A DNA stretch of 64,000 nt from assembly GCA_973895155.1 (NCBI GenBank), contig OZ316893.1, forward strand, positions 13,978,545-14,042,544. Direction: 5' to 3'. Both the position numbers and the translations under genes were made by a program. This DNA comes from Marsupella aquatica (lineage: Eukaryota; Plantae; Marchantiophyta). Positions 13,701 to 26,519 of the stretch are shown here, in pieces. Within the stretch, counting starts at the first letter, position 1. Each line of letters opens with the position of its first letter. Under the pieces are notes generated by a model. That model did not search any database, was not told where the DNA came from, and saw only the letters and a program-made list of their open reading frames with translations.

Positions 13701-14738
13701 CAGTAGTTGGGTTAACACCGACTTCAATACAAAGATGTTGTAGAGTGTCCCCCATGTGGCCAGTTTTGTTTTGCTCCGTTCTCCTTCTCTTCTCACCTTG
13801 GAGGAATCTCTTGGCAGCTCCCCAACCCAGATCCTCACCCAGATCTCAATTCACCCTCGGGTCCCGGTTGTTGAGCTGATTATCCTGCCAGATTTTCTCC
13901 AGTTGTTGTTCAAGTTCCGGTGTATCTAGTAGGGCTGCATCCATTTTGAAGTAAGTAGACTTCTTTCGGTGCCCTCCTTAGTCCTTTGCTTCAGCATAAA
14001 GGTCGTAGTGACGGGTATGTGGTCAGAGAGAGTCTCCCTGCCATCTTGCACGCTGGATTTGACAAATTCACACCATTGGTTCCGGTTGCTGCTGTAATTT
14101 CTGTCCAATCGGGATTGATCATAGCAATTTGTGTTTGGACTGGCTTGTCTGGTGTAATGTGGTCCCAATCTGATGCGCTTGCACACAGGTAATTATCAAC
14201 CAAGTCAAGATGATCTACAAGCCTGTTCTAGGCTCTAGATTCAACACCGTGTATGAATGCAGAAGGCCCCATGGCATCATCCCACAAGTTGGTCATGTTC
14301 CAATCTCCACACAAGATCCAATTGGATTTCTGAGTGTTCCTTTTGAGCCATTTCTAGAGGTCAATCCTGCTTCTCCTTTCGTTCGGCGCATAGACAGACC
14401 CAACACTTAGTGCACCCACGTTGGTGTTGAAGGTAGCCCACACAAAGGATCCGTCTCCTTTACATCCGTGATTCACAAGCTGATATTGCTTCGGTATATA
14501 TCAACATGGCTGCCCCAACTTTGCCTTCCTCATTACGATCCACAATTTTGGTACCTTCAAGATCGAGAATACCAAGCTGGAAGATAGCCCTCTCTTTTTT
14601 AATCTTCAACTCTTGCAGACAAAGGACAGCCGACTCCTGTTTGCAATTTCGAATCCACCTGCTCAGTTGCTTGACTCGCACAGGGTTGTCAAGACCCCTC
14701 ACATTCCACTGGCTAATCTGCAGCTCGTCATTCATCAT
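10788..14738 (-). pseudogene. LINE ORF2 (APE endonuclease, reverse transcriptase, zf-RVT), disrupted
   Basis: QWNVRGL..LCLQELK, SRLDRNY, LSDHIPV (APE); KAPGIDG, QQTGFLEGRDILDN, LKLDF, LFADDT, YLGSPIG (RT); CARC..EHLFFSC. Split across many short ORFs by stops and frameshifts. Confidence 0.92.
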
Positions 14739-16867
14739 TAAACCTTATTGTAGGACCTCGTGTAGAGGCTACGAGCGCTACTCTCTTTCTCACCTGTTGT
14801 CTGCTTAGTGCCTCTGCCTTGCCCACTTACTATTGCTGCACCTTTTTTTGGTCCTTTGTTTGCCTTTGAGTTTTCGGGCATAGAAAATCTTGGGTCGGTA
14901 GCCTCTGTTGCTCCTGGGTGTTGATAGGGAGTTTCTTTAGGGAGTACCTCGGCCATTCTCCGGTCACTCGCAAAGGTGGGAACAGCCTTAGGTTGTCCAT
15001 TCTTTTTGGTTTTTTTTGGTACTTGTCTTACTGGCGATTCCAAATTCGGTGGGGAGGACCCGGGTTCCTTGCCCCAAGCTCTGTTGGGTGATGCAATAGC
15101 TTTCCTTGCATTCTTGGTGGTTTCTATTTCCATTGGAGCGGTTGCTCCTGCTTCTATTGGTTCTCCAGTGGTTAAATTCTCCGATGGTCTCACCACGAGG
15201 GGGCTTGGAGCTTGATCAACGTTGTTGCCACTATCCTGCTTGTTGTTGGATTGTGAGTTGTCTGTTGTTGTGGACTTGGTTTGGTCCTTCATTTCTTGGG
15301 GCGCCCTAGATTCTTCCACATTTTGTTCCCTCTCATTCTCAATTTCCCCTTCCTCTGGCCCCTCGAGTCCTGGTAGAGCTCCAAAGGGGTTGCCATCTTT
15401 GCCGATGCTATTTTTTGTGTCTTCCACCAGTGACCGTCCTTTGTTAGTGCTCCTGGCCTTCATAGTGGTGAATCCATCAGTGTTAGCTTGGTTAGCTACG
15501 TGGTGGTGTGGTCCAGTGGGAACAGCAATTCGATCGTCCATGTTCTTTCTTGCATCTACGTTCTTCTTGTTTCAATTGGCTTGTTCGGGCAGTACCTAGC
15601 TATGTGGCCCCGTTGTTTACAGGCGAAGCATGCGTCTGGGAGTGTTCGGTATATGACATCCACTCTATAGCTACCAACACCAGGTATTGTCATATCTATA
15701 AATTCAACCAAGTCATCATTGAGATTGCATAGTACGCATCCACGAATGTGAGAGAATTTGCTTCATGTGTGTTCCATCTTAGCATACAAAATTTTCCCAA
15801 TTTTTGCTAACATCTGGTTTGCGTAGTATTCAAACGCTGGATTGAGTAGTGGCAGATCCACCCACACTGGTGCTTTGGTTTCAGACCTCATAGCATTAGC
15901 ATCAAAATCCAAAGTCTAGGGCATCGCAAGGACCATTTTGCATCCCATGTGGAGGTAGGGTTCGAGTAGGATTGTATTCTGCTCGGCTAGCCGGGGTGGA
16001 GACCACAATCAAAAATGTATACCTGGACAAAAGTTCTTTGATTTGTTCAATTTTAATTCTCATACGGTGTCCAATGACATTGTACGCCCACGCTTCAAAG
16101 AAATCCCTTGACGGGTTGAAGTCAATAGTGTACAGAATTACTCCTCTGTTCTAGAGGTGCAAAATTTGACTAGCAATTATATTCTTGTCTACTACAAGAG
16201 TTTCTGACCTCATTCTCCGTGTAGGCCTATCTGGGACCTTGGGTAGATGTGCTAGCTGCTCCCGGAGGTTGTCAGTTGATACATGCATCCCAGCTTCCTT
16301 GTCCAGGTTGTGATCATACGGATTCTCCTCCTCTTCATCCTCACAGTAGTTGCTGTTCAGTTCTCCTTCCTCTGGATTCCATTCTGGGTCCTGGAATCCA
16401 AGTTCTCTAGCATGCGGGTCCCCACCTTCACATTGTGATGATGCTGGAGCAGCAATAGCGTATGATTCTGCCCTCTTGCCTCCAGTCTTTGATGTTCCCT
16501 CAAAAAGGTTCCCGGTGGTGGATCCAGGTGGGTTTGGCAATCTAGTTGGTCACCGTTCAGTCCTGTTGCCCTTGTGCTATTTTCTATTCCTTTATGGACA
16601 TGCGCGCTCTTATTGCCTTCCTTCTCATTCCTGACTCCATTGTCAGTTCTCATTCCCACGTCTTTCGTTTCCCTGGGAATCCCCAATCCTCATCTGATCT
16701 GCCAGTACTTCTCCCCTGCTGTACTCCATGTCAGTGCTTAGTCCAGGGTATCTTTGCACATCCAAAACCCTGTTGGTTCCTCCCGTCTCTTTGTTGCTTG
16801 TCACTAATGTCATTGATTCAGTTGATTGCTTGGATCGAGTGTCTATGTCCATTTTGATCCCTTCCAT
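14738..16867 (-). pseudogene. LINE ORF1 (gag-like, CCHC knuckle), disrupted
   Basis: APVWVDLPLLNPAF and PDACFACKQRGHIARYCP (~15590-15880), typical of plant L1 ORF1. Low-complexity C-terminal ORF 14738-15541. The 5' start is uncertain. Confidence 0.8.
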
Positions 16868-18152
16868 CGCAACACCAGGCTACCACATGGAACGATGTGG
16901 CGGTGAGAGCTTCTCCGCCATCGCCATCTGCCGCCAAGCTTCACTCGAGCATTAGACAGATCAAACTCCGCTATTATTGCCTGTAATGCTCCAGAAAGAG
17001 TATCCAAGTACTAAACTTTGCCCAACTTACCAAGGTAGCCATAATTAACATCAATCACAAAACCAGTTGCAGTGTGAACTATTGTTTAATGTGTGGGTCA
17101 AGTAACTTAACTTAATTGTCCACTTCAGCAAAATGGTGCTTGATGGTTTTCTCCACAATACCGAGGGGATGTCGGATGCACTCAAGTTGCATCAAAAGTA
17201 ATTATTTTTCAATTCTTACACGTAGAGAGACAAAGAGAGAGAAGTCATCGGTGTTATCAAATCATTTACTTCGCAGAATTGTTTGAGACAAAAAGTTTCA
17301 TGGATACAAATCTCCAATTGTAAAATTAAGTATCTAGAGAAATTTAGAAACTCATGATCTCACTTTAGTACTTGGATAAATTCTCTCAATGTCACACACA
17401 TTGAAGAGCTAGAGAACATTGGAAACTCATAATCTCCACAGAACTCAACTAAGTAAATCTATCAATGTTAAGTTCATTAAAAAGCTAAAGAAATTATAAA
17501 ACTCATAATCTCCTTAGTATATACTCGATAAAATCTGCCAATTCTAGGTTCATTCTCATGGAAGGGATCAACATTTCAAGGGTTGTGCAATAGAGATTTC
17601 TAGTCACGTTAGAGATTATGAAATCACAGATAAATTTTATTTTTCAAATTACTTAATTCTTATTGAATGGTGACAATCTTGAGCTCATTAGAATCGTCTC
17701 TTCAAGATCTTTTGATGCCATATGTCGTGCGCATACACATCACTACACAACATACATCGCTTGTCACATACATCCAGACATAGTCACACTACCACATCAC
17801 AAACACAAGAGAATGGAATACAAGTGGAACTCATGTCCACACATGTCCAAAACCCACAATAATCTTCACAACAATCAGCACAACGATTCCGGTCAACAAT
17901 ACCCCATCGATCCCTCACCGATCGGATCACACACGTATATCAAGCCAATGCATCGTGCACTACTCAAGGACTCCATGTTGTACAAGCGGAGCTCACAGCC
18001 ACCATAGCCACACTCAAGCTCCTCTCTCTCCAAGGCTCAACATTGAAAGATAACCTTTCAATGCCTCACAAGAGAGAACTACCCTAGACTCACACAAACC
18101 TAATGGAACCTTATCGGCTCATATAGCACACATACCAAACATACGGATCCTC

Positions 18153-18472
18153 GGGGGGGTCACTTCCATGGAAGCGGCACATCACGTGCGACGAAGTATA
18201 GGCCCATTTAAATGGGTGTGGCGAAAGACTTCCAAAGTTTGGTGGAAGAACACATAGGGCATGTTTTATTGACTGGTCGACTTTAAAGAACACATAGGCC
18301 CATTTAATTGCAAAAAATACTTTCTTTAAAGTTTTCAAGGGTTTTTTAATAAAAAATGATAAATTTTAAAGAAAGAAAGGGTTTTGCAAAAAAATTAATT
18401 CACTTATAAGTTAGGGGGGTCAAACCCTAAAACGTCGCACGCGATGTATGGCCCTCCATATAGTGACCCCCC
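18153..18472. mobile_element. MITE-like unit with imperfect terminal inverted repeats of about 40 bp
   Basis: Left GGGGGGTCACTTCCATGGAAGCGGCACATCACGTGCGACG pairs with right CGTCGCACGCGATGTATGGCCCTCCATATAGTGACCCCCC. AT-rich interior. No clear TSD. Confidence 0.65.
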
Positions 18473-19157
18473 TAGTATGGATCTAGATAGTACGATACAC
18501 TCTAACACTACTTAGAATGGTGTGACACATATTATACATGAGTTTTCATTATTTAACTCAGCAATGTCAAATCTAAAATTGTTGTCGGACAATTTTATGT
18601 TTTGAATAAAATCAAAATGTAAATAAAACCGTTATTGGGAGTAATTTTACCTCAATCTTTATATCTTTTGATTTGCATGTCCATTGTTTTTACATTCTCT
18701 TTTATGGCATGGCAGCCCAATTTTTACAGCAAAGTTGCCACAAACAAAAATGCAGAAGTTAATTTTATCCAAAAAAAAGTCTCTTTGTGTTTGCAACGTG
18801 CCATGAAGATGTGGCACGCTATGGAGCCTGGAATTTTGGAAACGACCCCTAATGGGGGTCCGTAACTAACCTGCAGTGGGTCCCAACCACTGACCCCGAT
18901 GAATTTGGGGTTGAATACTTCACCGAGGGTAGAGCAAGCCTATGGAGCACCACCAGAGACCAAAATATAGGAAGGAGATCATGTGTTTAGATAGGATGAG
19001 GGGAGGAAGGTCAGGGTGGCTACACAATGTTGGGGCACAACTATTTTATTCCTCTAGGATGAAATCTAATTTGTGAAATTATAGTATCCAGAATGCTATA
19101 GTATGGGCTCTTCCTCCTACTCGAGTATCCAGAATGCTCTAGTATGGGCTCTTCCTC

Positions 19158-19272
19158 CTTCAATACGAAGCCGTTGTAGAGTGTCCCCCATGTGGCCAGT
19201 TTTGTTTTGCTCCGTTCTCCTTCTCTTCTCACCTTGGAGGAATCTCTTGGCAGCTCCCCAACCCAGATCCTC
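19158..19272 (-). repeat. 115-bp copy of an internal LINE ORF2 segment
   Basis: Matches 13722-13836 with 3 mismatches by eye, same orientation. Confidence 0.92.
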
Positions 19273-19563
19273 GGGGGTTTCACTTCCACAAAAATGGCAT
19301 ATCACGTGCGACGAAGGATAGCCCGGTCATTTTATTGGTTCTAAGGGAAGACTTAAGAATTTTTGCAGAATAACAATAGGGTATTTTTTATTCAATTTTG
19401 AGACTTATTATAAGAATATTACCTAGGGTCTTTTTAATCCAAATTTTGGAATATTCCATCTTTATAGCCCGGGGTAAAAAATTAAAAAAAATTCTTACAT
19501 TTTAGGGGGTCCGAGGCCTAAAAACATCGCAGCTGATGGGGAGGTCCCCATATAGTGAGACCC
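19273..19563. mobile_element. Second, diverged copy of the 18153-18472 inverted-repeat unit
   Basis: GGGGGTTTCACTTCC...ATCACGTGCGACGAAG at left and CCCCATATAGTGAGACCC at right. Confidence 0.6.
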
Positions 19564-19589
19564 ACGAGCTAATGGCGTAGGGTTCACGA

Positions 19590-21389
19590 GTACCCTATCC
19601 CACACCATGTGGGGTGGGTAACATCCTTAATGGCCACCTCCTACCACCAATATGGCCACTCATCTCCCCGAGGCCCTTATGAGTCCTATTGAGCATGGCA
19701 TACATGAGCATGACATTGACACGGGCATTGACATTCCAAATGGCGCATTTTCATGTCAATTGCATAAATGACGTCTCTTTGCACTCCAAAATTGACCAAA
19801 ACATTTAGTCACACTCATAAATGACACTCAAATCCTTGCAAATGACAAAATGCCAAATGAATGATTTGGACCCCTTTGGGTAAATCACATTAAAGTCATA
19901 CAACTTGGGAGTGTTTTGCCCAAAGTTGGGTGATGCCCTTGCTTGGTGCAAAACGTTGGCTACAAAAAACCTTTAGGAGGCACAATGGCATGACTAGTGG
20001 CCCAGGGTTGACACGTACCCTATCCCACACCATGTGGGCTGGGTAGCATCTCTACTGGTGGGCTACAATCACAGATATGGCCAATCCACCCTTGGAGACC
20101 CAAACAAGTCATATTGTCCATGGCATGCATGACTGCAACATTGACATCATCAATGACTTATTTTTGTGTCATTTGTGTAAATGACGTCTCCTGACATTAC
20201 ACAAATGACCAAAACCCTTAGTCACGAGCACAAATGACTCTAAATCCTTTGCGAATGACCAAATGGGAGTTGTTTGCGTACCTTTGGGCAAATCACTCGA
20301 AAGTCATACAACTTGGGAGTGTTTTGCCCAAAGTTGGATGATGCCCTTGCTTGGTGTAAAACGTTGGGTACAAAAAACCTTTAGGAGGCACAATGGCATG
20401 ACTAGTGGCCCAGGGTTGACAAGTACCCTACGGGCAATATATATTATGGGCAATCAACCACTGGTAGCTCTTAGGAGTCATATTGTGCATGGCATACATG
20501 ACCACAATATTGACTGCCCAAATGATGCTTAAATGACATTTGGCGGCAATTGTCAAATGACTAGAAAGTTGAGTCAAAGCAAAAATGACTTGGAAGCCTT
20601 TGCAAATATAGGATTGATTGGAAAACATGACATGAGCAAATATAGGCATCTAGACATTAGGGTTTAGGGTCTAGATAACTATTAGACCCTAAACCCTAAT
20701 AGTGTTATTTGGCAACCTTGAATACCCCCGTACTCCAATATGTGAAATGTTAATATAACTTAAGGAAATCAATGGTATTAATTACATTTCCGGAGTCCTT
20801 GGCATATATAGGAACTATATAAAGAATGGGTGCAAGCATAAATACATACTAGAGATGATCGAGCCTTTAAGTTGTACATCAATGATGCGACTCAAAACAA
20901 AAGCAAGGTTTTTTAAGTCTCTAAATGTATTTCAAATCTAATATGTGAGTGCAACCAGTTTTTATACTACCATGCATGTTGGATGTCTAATCATACCCTA
21001 AACCTCAAGATAGTCATATTTTGTTTATCATTGACTACTAATATTTTTAAACACTGATATTTGCATATTTGTTTTCCTAGTCATTAGTCACCGTCGTCCA
21101 AAATGACCTCTAGAAGCAAAACACTGATACAACAGGGTTGTTGTCCATTGTGTCATTCACAAAGACTGTCCAAACTGACCACAACTCATTAGTGTTGTCC
21201 TTATAGTAGTCAAAGTCATTTGGCTCATTGGTGGAAATGACTATTGCAATTATTAGTCATTTTATTCACTTTGTCATTTTAGACAGTCATTTAAGTGTCA
21301 TTCATGTCCTGTCATTATAATATTTTGTCATTTCAAGGGCACATAAGTCATATGTACCCAGGTCATAAAAGGCCCATTTTCTACTAGTG
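19590..21389. mobile_element. CACTA (En/Spm)-like terminal region, with tandem repeats of about 410-425 bp and AATGAC/GTCATT subterminal motifs
   Basis: Right terminus GGCCCATTTTCTACTAGTG (reverse complement CACTAGTAGAAAATGGGCC) ends at 21389. Dense AATGAC/GTCATT motifs. Blocks repeated at ~19592/20017 and ~19897/20305. Left terminus not securely found; weak candidate CACTACTTAGAATGG at 18506. Confidence 0.6.
20656..20700. repeat. Perfect 18-bp hairpin made of telomere-like repeats
   Basis: ATTAGGGTTTAGGGTCTA - 9 nt - TAGACCCTAAACCCTAAT. Confidence 0.95.
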
Positions 21390-22290
21390 TAGTCGCAATT
21401 TGGCCACATCCTTCTTGCAGGGAGAAATTCGAGTGTGAGCTTCGCGGCAGATTGTGGAAGGATTTTGGGAAGCTTCATAAGAGATTAAACTATTGATACA
21501 CCTTCGCTTCCTATTAGAAGATGCATCACCTGGATCACCTTCATCATTAGATATGTTGGACATTCGAGTCGTCGTCCGTGAGCAATACGGGTGCGCCTCC
21601 CTATATTGAGCTCTTTTCCTTGCCGCATCTTGTGCCCTGAATGCTGCAGCGCTGCTGAAATGATTCACCGGAAACTTTGGCTCGCCAGGCTCGCTAGAAG
21701 ATTGTACTCGTCCATTCAATGTATGAAGACGAGCTTCGCTTCTACCTATGCTCACTTTCAAAAGAGACAATTATTCTCTGCCTTCAACTAATTCATTTTG
21801 TAAGTTTAAGCGCATGGTCTCTGAGAGCTTCAGGAGCCACCTCTAAATGCGTCTACACAGTTGTTTCTCATGCCTCGTTCGTAGTAGCAGTCGTCAGTTC
21901 TTCACATTGTTGCTTCATGATCGAGAAGAAGCAATTGTTGACCTTCTTGCTCTGCCTCGGCAAGGATTATTTGACGTTGTTCCTCCGCATCAAAAATTAT
22001 GTCCATAGTGTCAAGCTCATTGCTTGCGCTATTGCATTGAGTTGTTGCATCCTTCTGCTTCCTCACAGTCCTGTCGTAATATTTCTGGCGCCTTCGATAG
22101 TTTCGTTCCTCTCTCTTCTGTTTTTGTAATTCATCTTCTACTTCACACAGGATTGACATCTATCATGGGTTACCAGGAATTGCTATGGCGGTGCAGCTCA
22201 AAAGATTCATCAAATGTCTCCCTTCAACATTGTTGCCTCTCATGGATAAAAAAAACTATTGACAAAGGCTTTGTTCCTCCAAGCTTTCGA
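21390..22290 (-). pseudogene. Unidentified decayed coding-like segment (coiled-coil-like), cut by the CACTA end
   Basis: Minus-strand ORFs 21902-22159 and 21384-21770, rich in E/Q/K/R. No recognisable motif. Confidence 0.3.
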
Positions 22291-22769
22291 TAGAAAATGG
22301 GATTTGAAAATAGTGGCAGTAGGCTTGCTTGAATCCCTCGGCGCTTAGAGTACAGAGCACCGCGCATTTAAAAAAAAACACCGCGAAAAGAGTCCTTGTG
22401 TGTCAGTCCTTCTAATTTGACTTAGCACAAAGTGCAGGTGGCCCATTAATTGATATTTGTCCAGGATGCCCATTAAATGGTAAGTATTTTGAATTTTGAG
22501 TCCTCAAACCGATGGCTCTAATCAGACAAACATCCTTTATCACGGACCAGCTGGTTTTGGGGCCACCACTTTTCTTTCGAGGCCCTACATTCAATGCATG
22601 TTTGGAATCATATTCAAATCTGACCTTAGGATGGGTACTAAACAAATCTGGGCCATTCCATGTCACATTTTGGTCACTTGGGAATATTCTTGGAATTATA
22701 GCAAGGACTAGGTCCTTTTTGTGGAGAAAATGGGAGACTTTTCAGTACCCCTCGATCTTGCTTCCCACC

Positions 22770-23720
22770 AAATGTTAAAGAAACCATTTGAAATGAAAAA
22801 ATTAGGACAAACACATATTGTTTGGGTTTGCAATTTGAATACTTGCATGGTGGCATATTCCTACATCAGAGTACATATATTAAGAAAGTACTTAAGCAAT
22901 TCAATATGGATAAAGCACACCCGATAACATCTCCTATGGAGATTAGGTGTCTAGATAGAGATCAAGACATTTTTAGAAACCAAAAGTAACAAAAATGAAC
23001 CACTACTTGGACCTGAGAAACCATATATATCTCTCAACTATTGGAGCCTTAATGTTCTTAGCCAACCAAACTACGCCTGGCATTTCATTTTGCCATGAAT
23101 TTGTTGGCTAGACATAGCTCATAGCTGACTATACGCCATTGGAATGGCATTAAACAAATATTCCAATGTTTACAAGGCACTCATGATATGGGACTATACT
23201 TCCCTAATAATACTAACCAAACCTTAATATGTTATGCTGATACTGGGTACCGCTCAGACCCTAACGATGCAAAATCCCAAACTAATTACGTATTTTTATA
23301 TGACACTTTACAACAATATCATGGAAAAGCACTAAACAAACTCTAACTTGTACCTCTTCCAACCATGTTGAGATAATCGCCTTATATGAAGTCAATAGGG
23401 AATGCATATGGCTAAGAAGAATGATTAATCATATAAATACACAATGCGGCCTAGTACCCACTTTGACAACACCTACTACTTTGTGCGAAGACAACTATGC
23501 ATGTGTTGAACAGGTGTCTAAAGGCTTCATCAAAGGAGATCGAATCAAGCACATTGCTTCAAAATTGTTCTTCACTCATGAACAACAAGGAGAGACCATT
23601 GAAGTGAAGGCAATTGCTGGAAAAGACAATTTTGCAGACTTATTTACCAAGGCGATACCATGAGCAACACACCAACTACATTGCCACAATATAGGATTGA
23701 GAAAACTATATAGATTAATA
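22770..23720 (+). pseudogene. Ty1/copia RT-RNaseH remnant (Bianca-like)
   Basis: FEMKKLGQT, IGALMFLANQT, YADTGYRSDP, ISWKSTKQTL, LCEDNYACVEQVSKGFIKGDRIKHI, DNFADLFTK. Many stops and frameshifts. A possible 3' LTR TGTTG..TAACA at ~23845-25259 is interrupted by the MULE. Confidence 0.88.
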
Positions 23721-23899
23721 GATAATGATCTATTTGATCACTTATGTAAAAGGTGATTCTACTCTGTCCCTTGCAGGAGTATGAGAGGGTTTTAATGAGG
23801 CAACACCTTCATGTTTCATAGGGAACAAAACTGATTCTTAGAGATGTTGATGGAGAAATTGAGTCTAGCATACTACTCATATAGTTTCTTGTATTATTG

Positions 23900-25043
23900 G
23901 AAACAAAAGCCTGGATGGACTGCTACGTTCTCCCCATCTATCCCCATGGACTGTGACAGGGGACAGACCATTTTACACCTAATTATGAGATAGCCCAACT
24001 GTAAATGGATGGTAAACTCTATCATTAATTGTTTACCTACATTTCTGTCCCTCTAAGAACATTATGTGCTCACTTCAAAAGTCAAATTGAGAATGTCAAT
24101 GAAATGAAAACACACATTTAAAATCTTCCGCATCTCCGCCGCGGCAAAGTACTCGAAGCGCTCCTTGTAACAAGAGCAGCGCTCTCTAAAAATAGGATTC
24201 ATTAACAATACTCCCCCAAAAAATCTCAAGTAGCACTATAGCAATAGTCAAAACATTTACAATAAGAACAATGGTCTGTCAAAAATAGTATTCAGCAATT
24301 GCTTATGCAAATTAAAATTTCCCTTTACCTCCACAATGAAAAACTTTCTTCAATCCCCATAACAAGAACAATGTTATATAAAATACAAGATTATGTAAAA
24401 ACATTTCTTAAAGTAGTATAGTCATTCCGCAAAGTGTCAATGCCCTAGAATCTTTAAAAAAATGTGTAGAAAAATATGAATCCATTATAAAAATTGATGT
24501 TATTTGGGCATTAGATTTGCCCCATAGCCTCCTTGGTGAGAATTGTTCCGTTGGTTAATGAGTCACTGTGTTACTTGCTTCCCTTTTAATGGGGCTTATA
24601 AACATTCAAAAATATTTTTGAGTAAATTAAGTTCATTTAGTATGTTACCCATTGAGCCAATAACTTAAGGCACTATGAGTTAAATGTGAAGCACTCGTAC
24701 TCAAAGTTTCATAAACCATAGAGGCCAAATCAAGTATTTATAGAAGGACCTAAATATACTTTATATTTTTATTGAACTCTATTGGGGGAATGGAGCGAAG
24801 CCTTCAATTAAAGTGCTCTGGCCTCTGACAAAATATCTTTAAGACATGAGTGAGGACAGAGTTAGTGCCAGGGAAAATTTTTGGACAGAACTGATACTTT
24901 GGTAATTGACAGTGGTATGTATGGACAGAAAAGTAAACACTAGTATCCATGCATATTTATATGTTTTAGCCCAGTCCATCCAAGTTTCATTTATCCATGG
25001 GAGCTTCATGGACAACCTGCCAGTCCATCCGGGCTTTAAGTTC
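23900..25043. mobile_element. Non-autonomous Mutator-like element (MULE)
   Basis: 10-bp TSD TGTATTATTG (23890-23899 and 25044-25053). G-starting imperfect TIRs GAAACAAAAGCCTGGATGGACTG / CAGTCCATCCGGGCTTTAAGTTC with patchy similarity further in. Confidence 0.75.
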
Positions 25044-25871
25044 TGTATTATTGTCATATTACAACCAAGGGAGAGTATTATAATATAAGTATTACCAGGT
25101 TACCCATAGTTAACCTAATCTTGTTTAGGACCAGGTCACATGTGTACCATTATATATACTAATAGATAGATGAAGAGGGGGTTGAAACCTCATTAGTTGT
25201 GTGATCTAGATGTGGCATCTCATGCAATGTCTTGGCTATGGTGTCTTTGTACTATAACATATTATAGTTTTTGATAAATATCACAAAGAATGAGGTAAGG
25301 TAAATAGTACATTTTTTACTTGCATTGAAAACACCATCTTGTTCTCTCTTATGCATTGATGGAAAGTAGAGGGATCATCATTGATCCTTGTGCTTGTATG
25401 CCTGGGCTTATTTACTAATAATTTCACTTTAATTTTCTTTATCTGTTTCCTTTTTGAAAAGTGTTCCTTTCTCCTTTCATTCACACTAAACTTTATTATC
25501 TTTGATTTATCCATTCCTCTTTTGCTAACTGAATATTTTTTTTTAAACTTTATATTTGAATGACAACCACTATATAAAAGAGTGCAACCTTTGTATTATA
25601 CTTTTTAATTTGATATATTCTCCTTATCATCTGACTTATTGTGTTCAATTAACCAATTTCAAATAAATTATTAGCATTATTATATTATGAAAAATTATTA
25701 GCATTATTATATTATGCAATATTGTAGTACCTGCAGTAATAGAGAATATCATATACATTCTGTATTTTTGTACTTATTGAGCATGGATAAAAACCCCTTA
25801 ATACTCGTGCTTCCTTTTTTTTCCCATTTGATTCCCCACTTCTTTGTAATGAGGTATTGTATGTTGCGAGC

Positions 25872-25929
25872 AGCCAGGAGATTTTGATAGCCAGGAGAGT
25901 TTGATAGCCAGGAGATTTTGATAGCCAGA
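25872..25929. repeat. 17-bp tandem repeat, about 3.5 copies
   Basis: AGCCAGGAGATTTTGAT repeated. Confidence 0.85.
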
Positions 25930-26519
25930 CAATAATGGCTCCAAATTTCAGTTGCTTTTTGGTGCCTTTTGCATTTTTGTGTTTTTTTAAAGACTCCAGA
26001 TGGCTAGCGAGCTAGCTAGCAAAAAGGGAGTCCCTAAAAGGGATGTTACCAACCAGGTAGTTGATAGCGAGGCAGTTGCATGTAGAAAAATAGGGGTCAT
26101 GCAAGAATTTTTTTTGCTAGTGCGAGGAAATTTTTTATTGTTTGCTCGCACATTACAATTACCTGATTGTAATACACTTGTTTGTAATACACTAAATTTA
26201 ATATAGTCTTTACTCCTTCCATTTGACCACTTGATAGTATTTTTTTTTTACACTGCAAATTTGAATTACCACTCTAAAAAGTGGTGCAACTTTTTATTAT
26301 AGTCTTTAATAATAATATAGTATATATCAAACTGCCAAAGAGCAGGAGGCGCTGAACTGGGAGACAGGATCCCACAGGCCAAAAAACCCAATCAAGGGAA
26401 AACAAGAAAAAAGGCCAAAAGGCCAAAGAGCAAAAACAAAAAAGACCAGGCACAAGCCCAGCCCAAGGAGAACAAAGGACACACAAACCTAAAGACTACC
26501 CAACGGCAAAGTGAAGGGC

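Larger units (their letters stand above)
10367..16969 (-). mobile_element. Full-length, degenerate L1-clade LINE retrotransposon
   Basis: Flanked by TSD GCTATTATTGCC (10355-10366 and 16970-16981). T8 run (poly-A on the minus strand) at 10367-10374. ORF1 with a zinc knuckle and ORF2 with APE, RT and C-terminal Zn finger. Confidence 0.93.

Noticed and set aside
17780-17900. RING-H2-like CADC..CGHEFH on the minus strand
   Set aside because: Requires a frameshift, the spacing is too short and the remaining ligands are missing.
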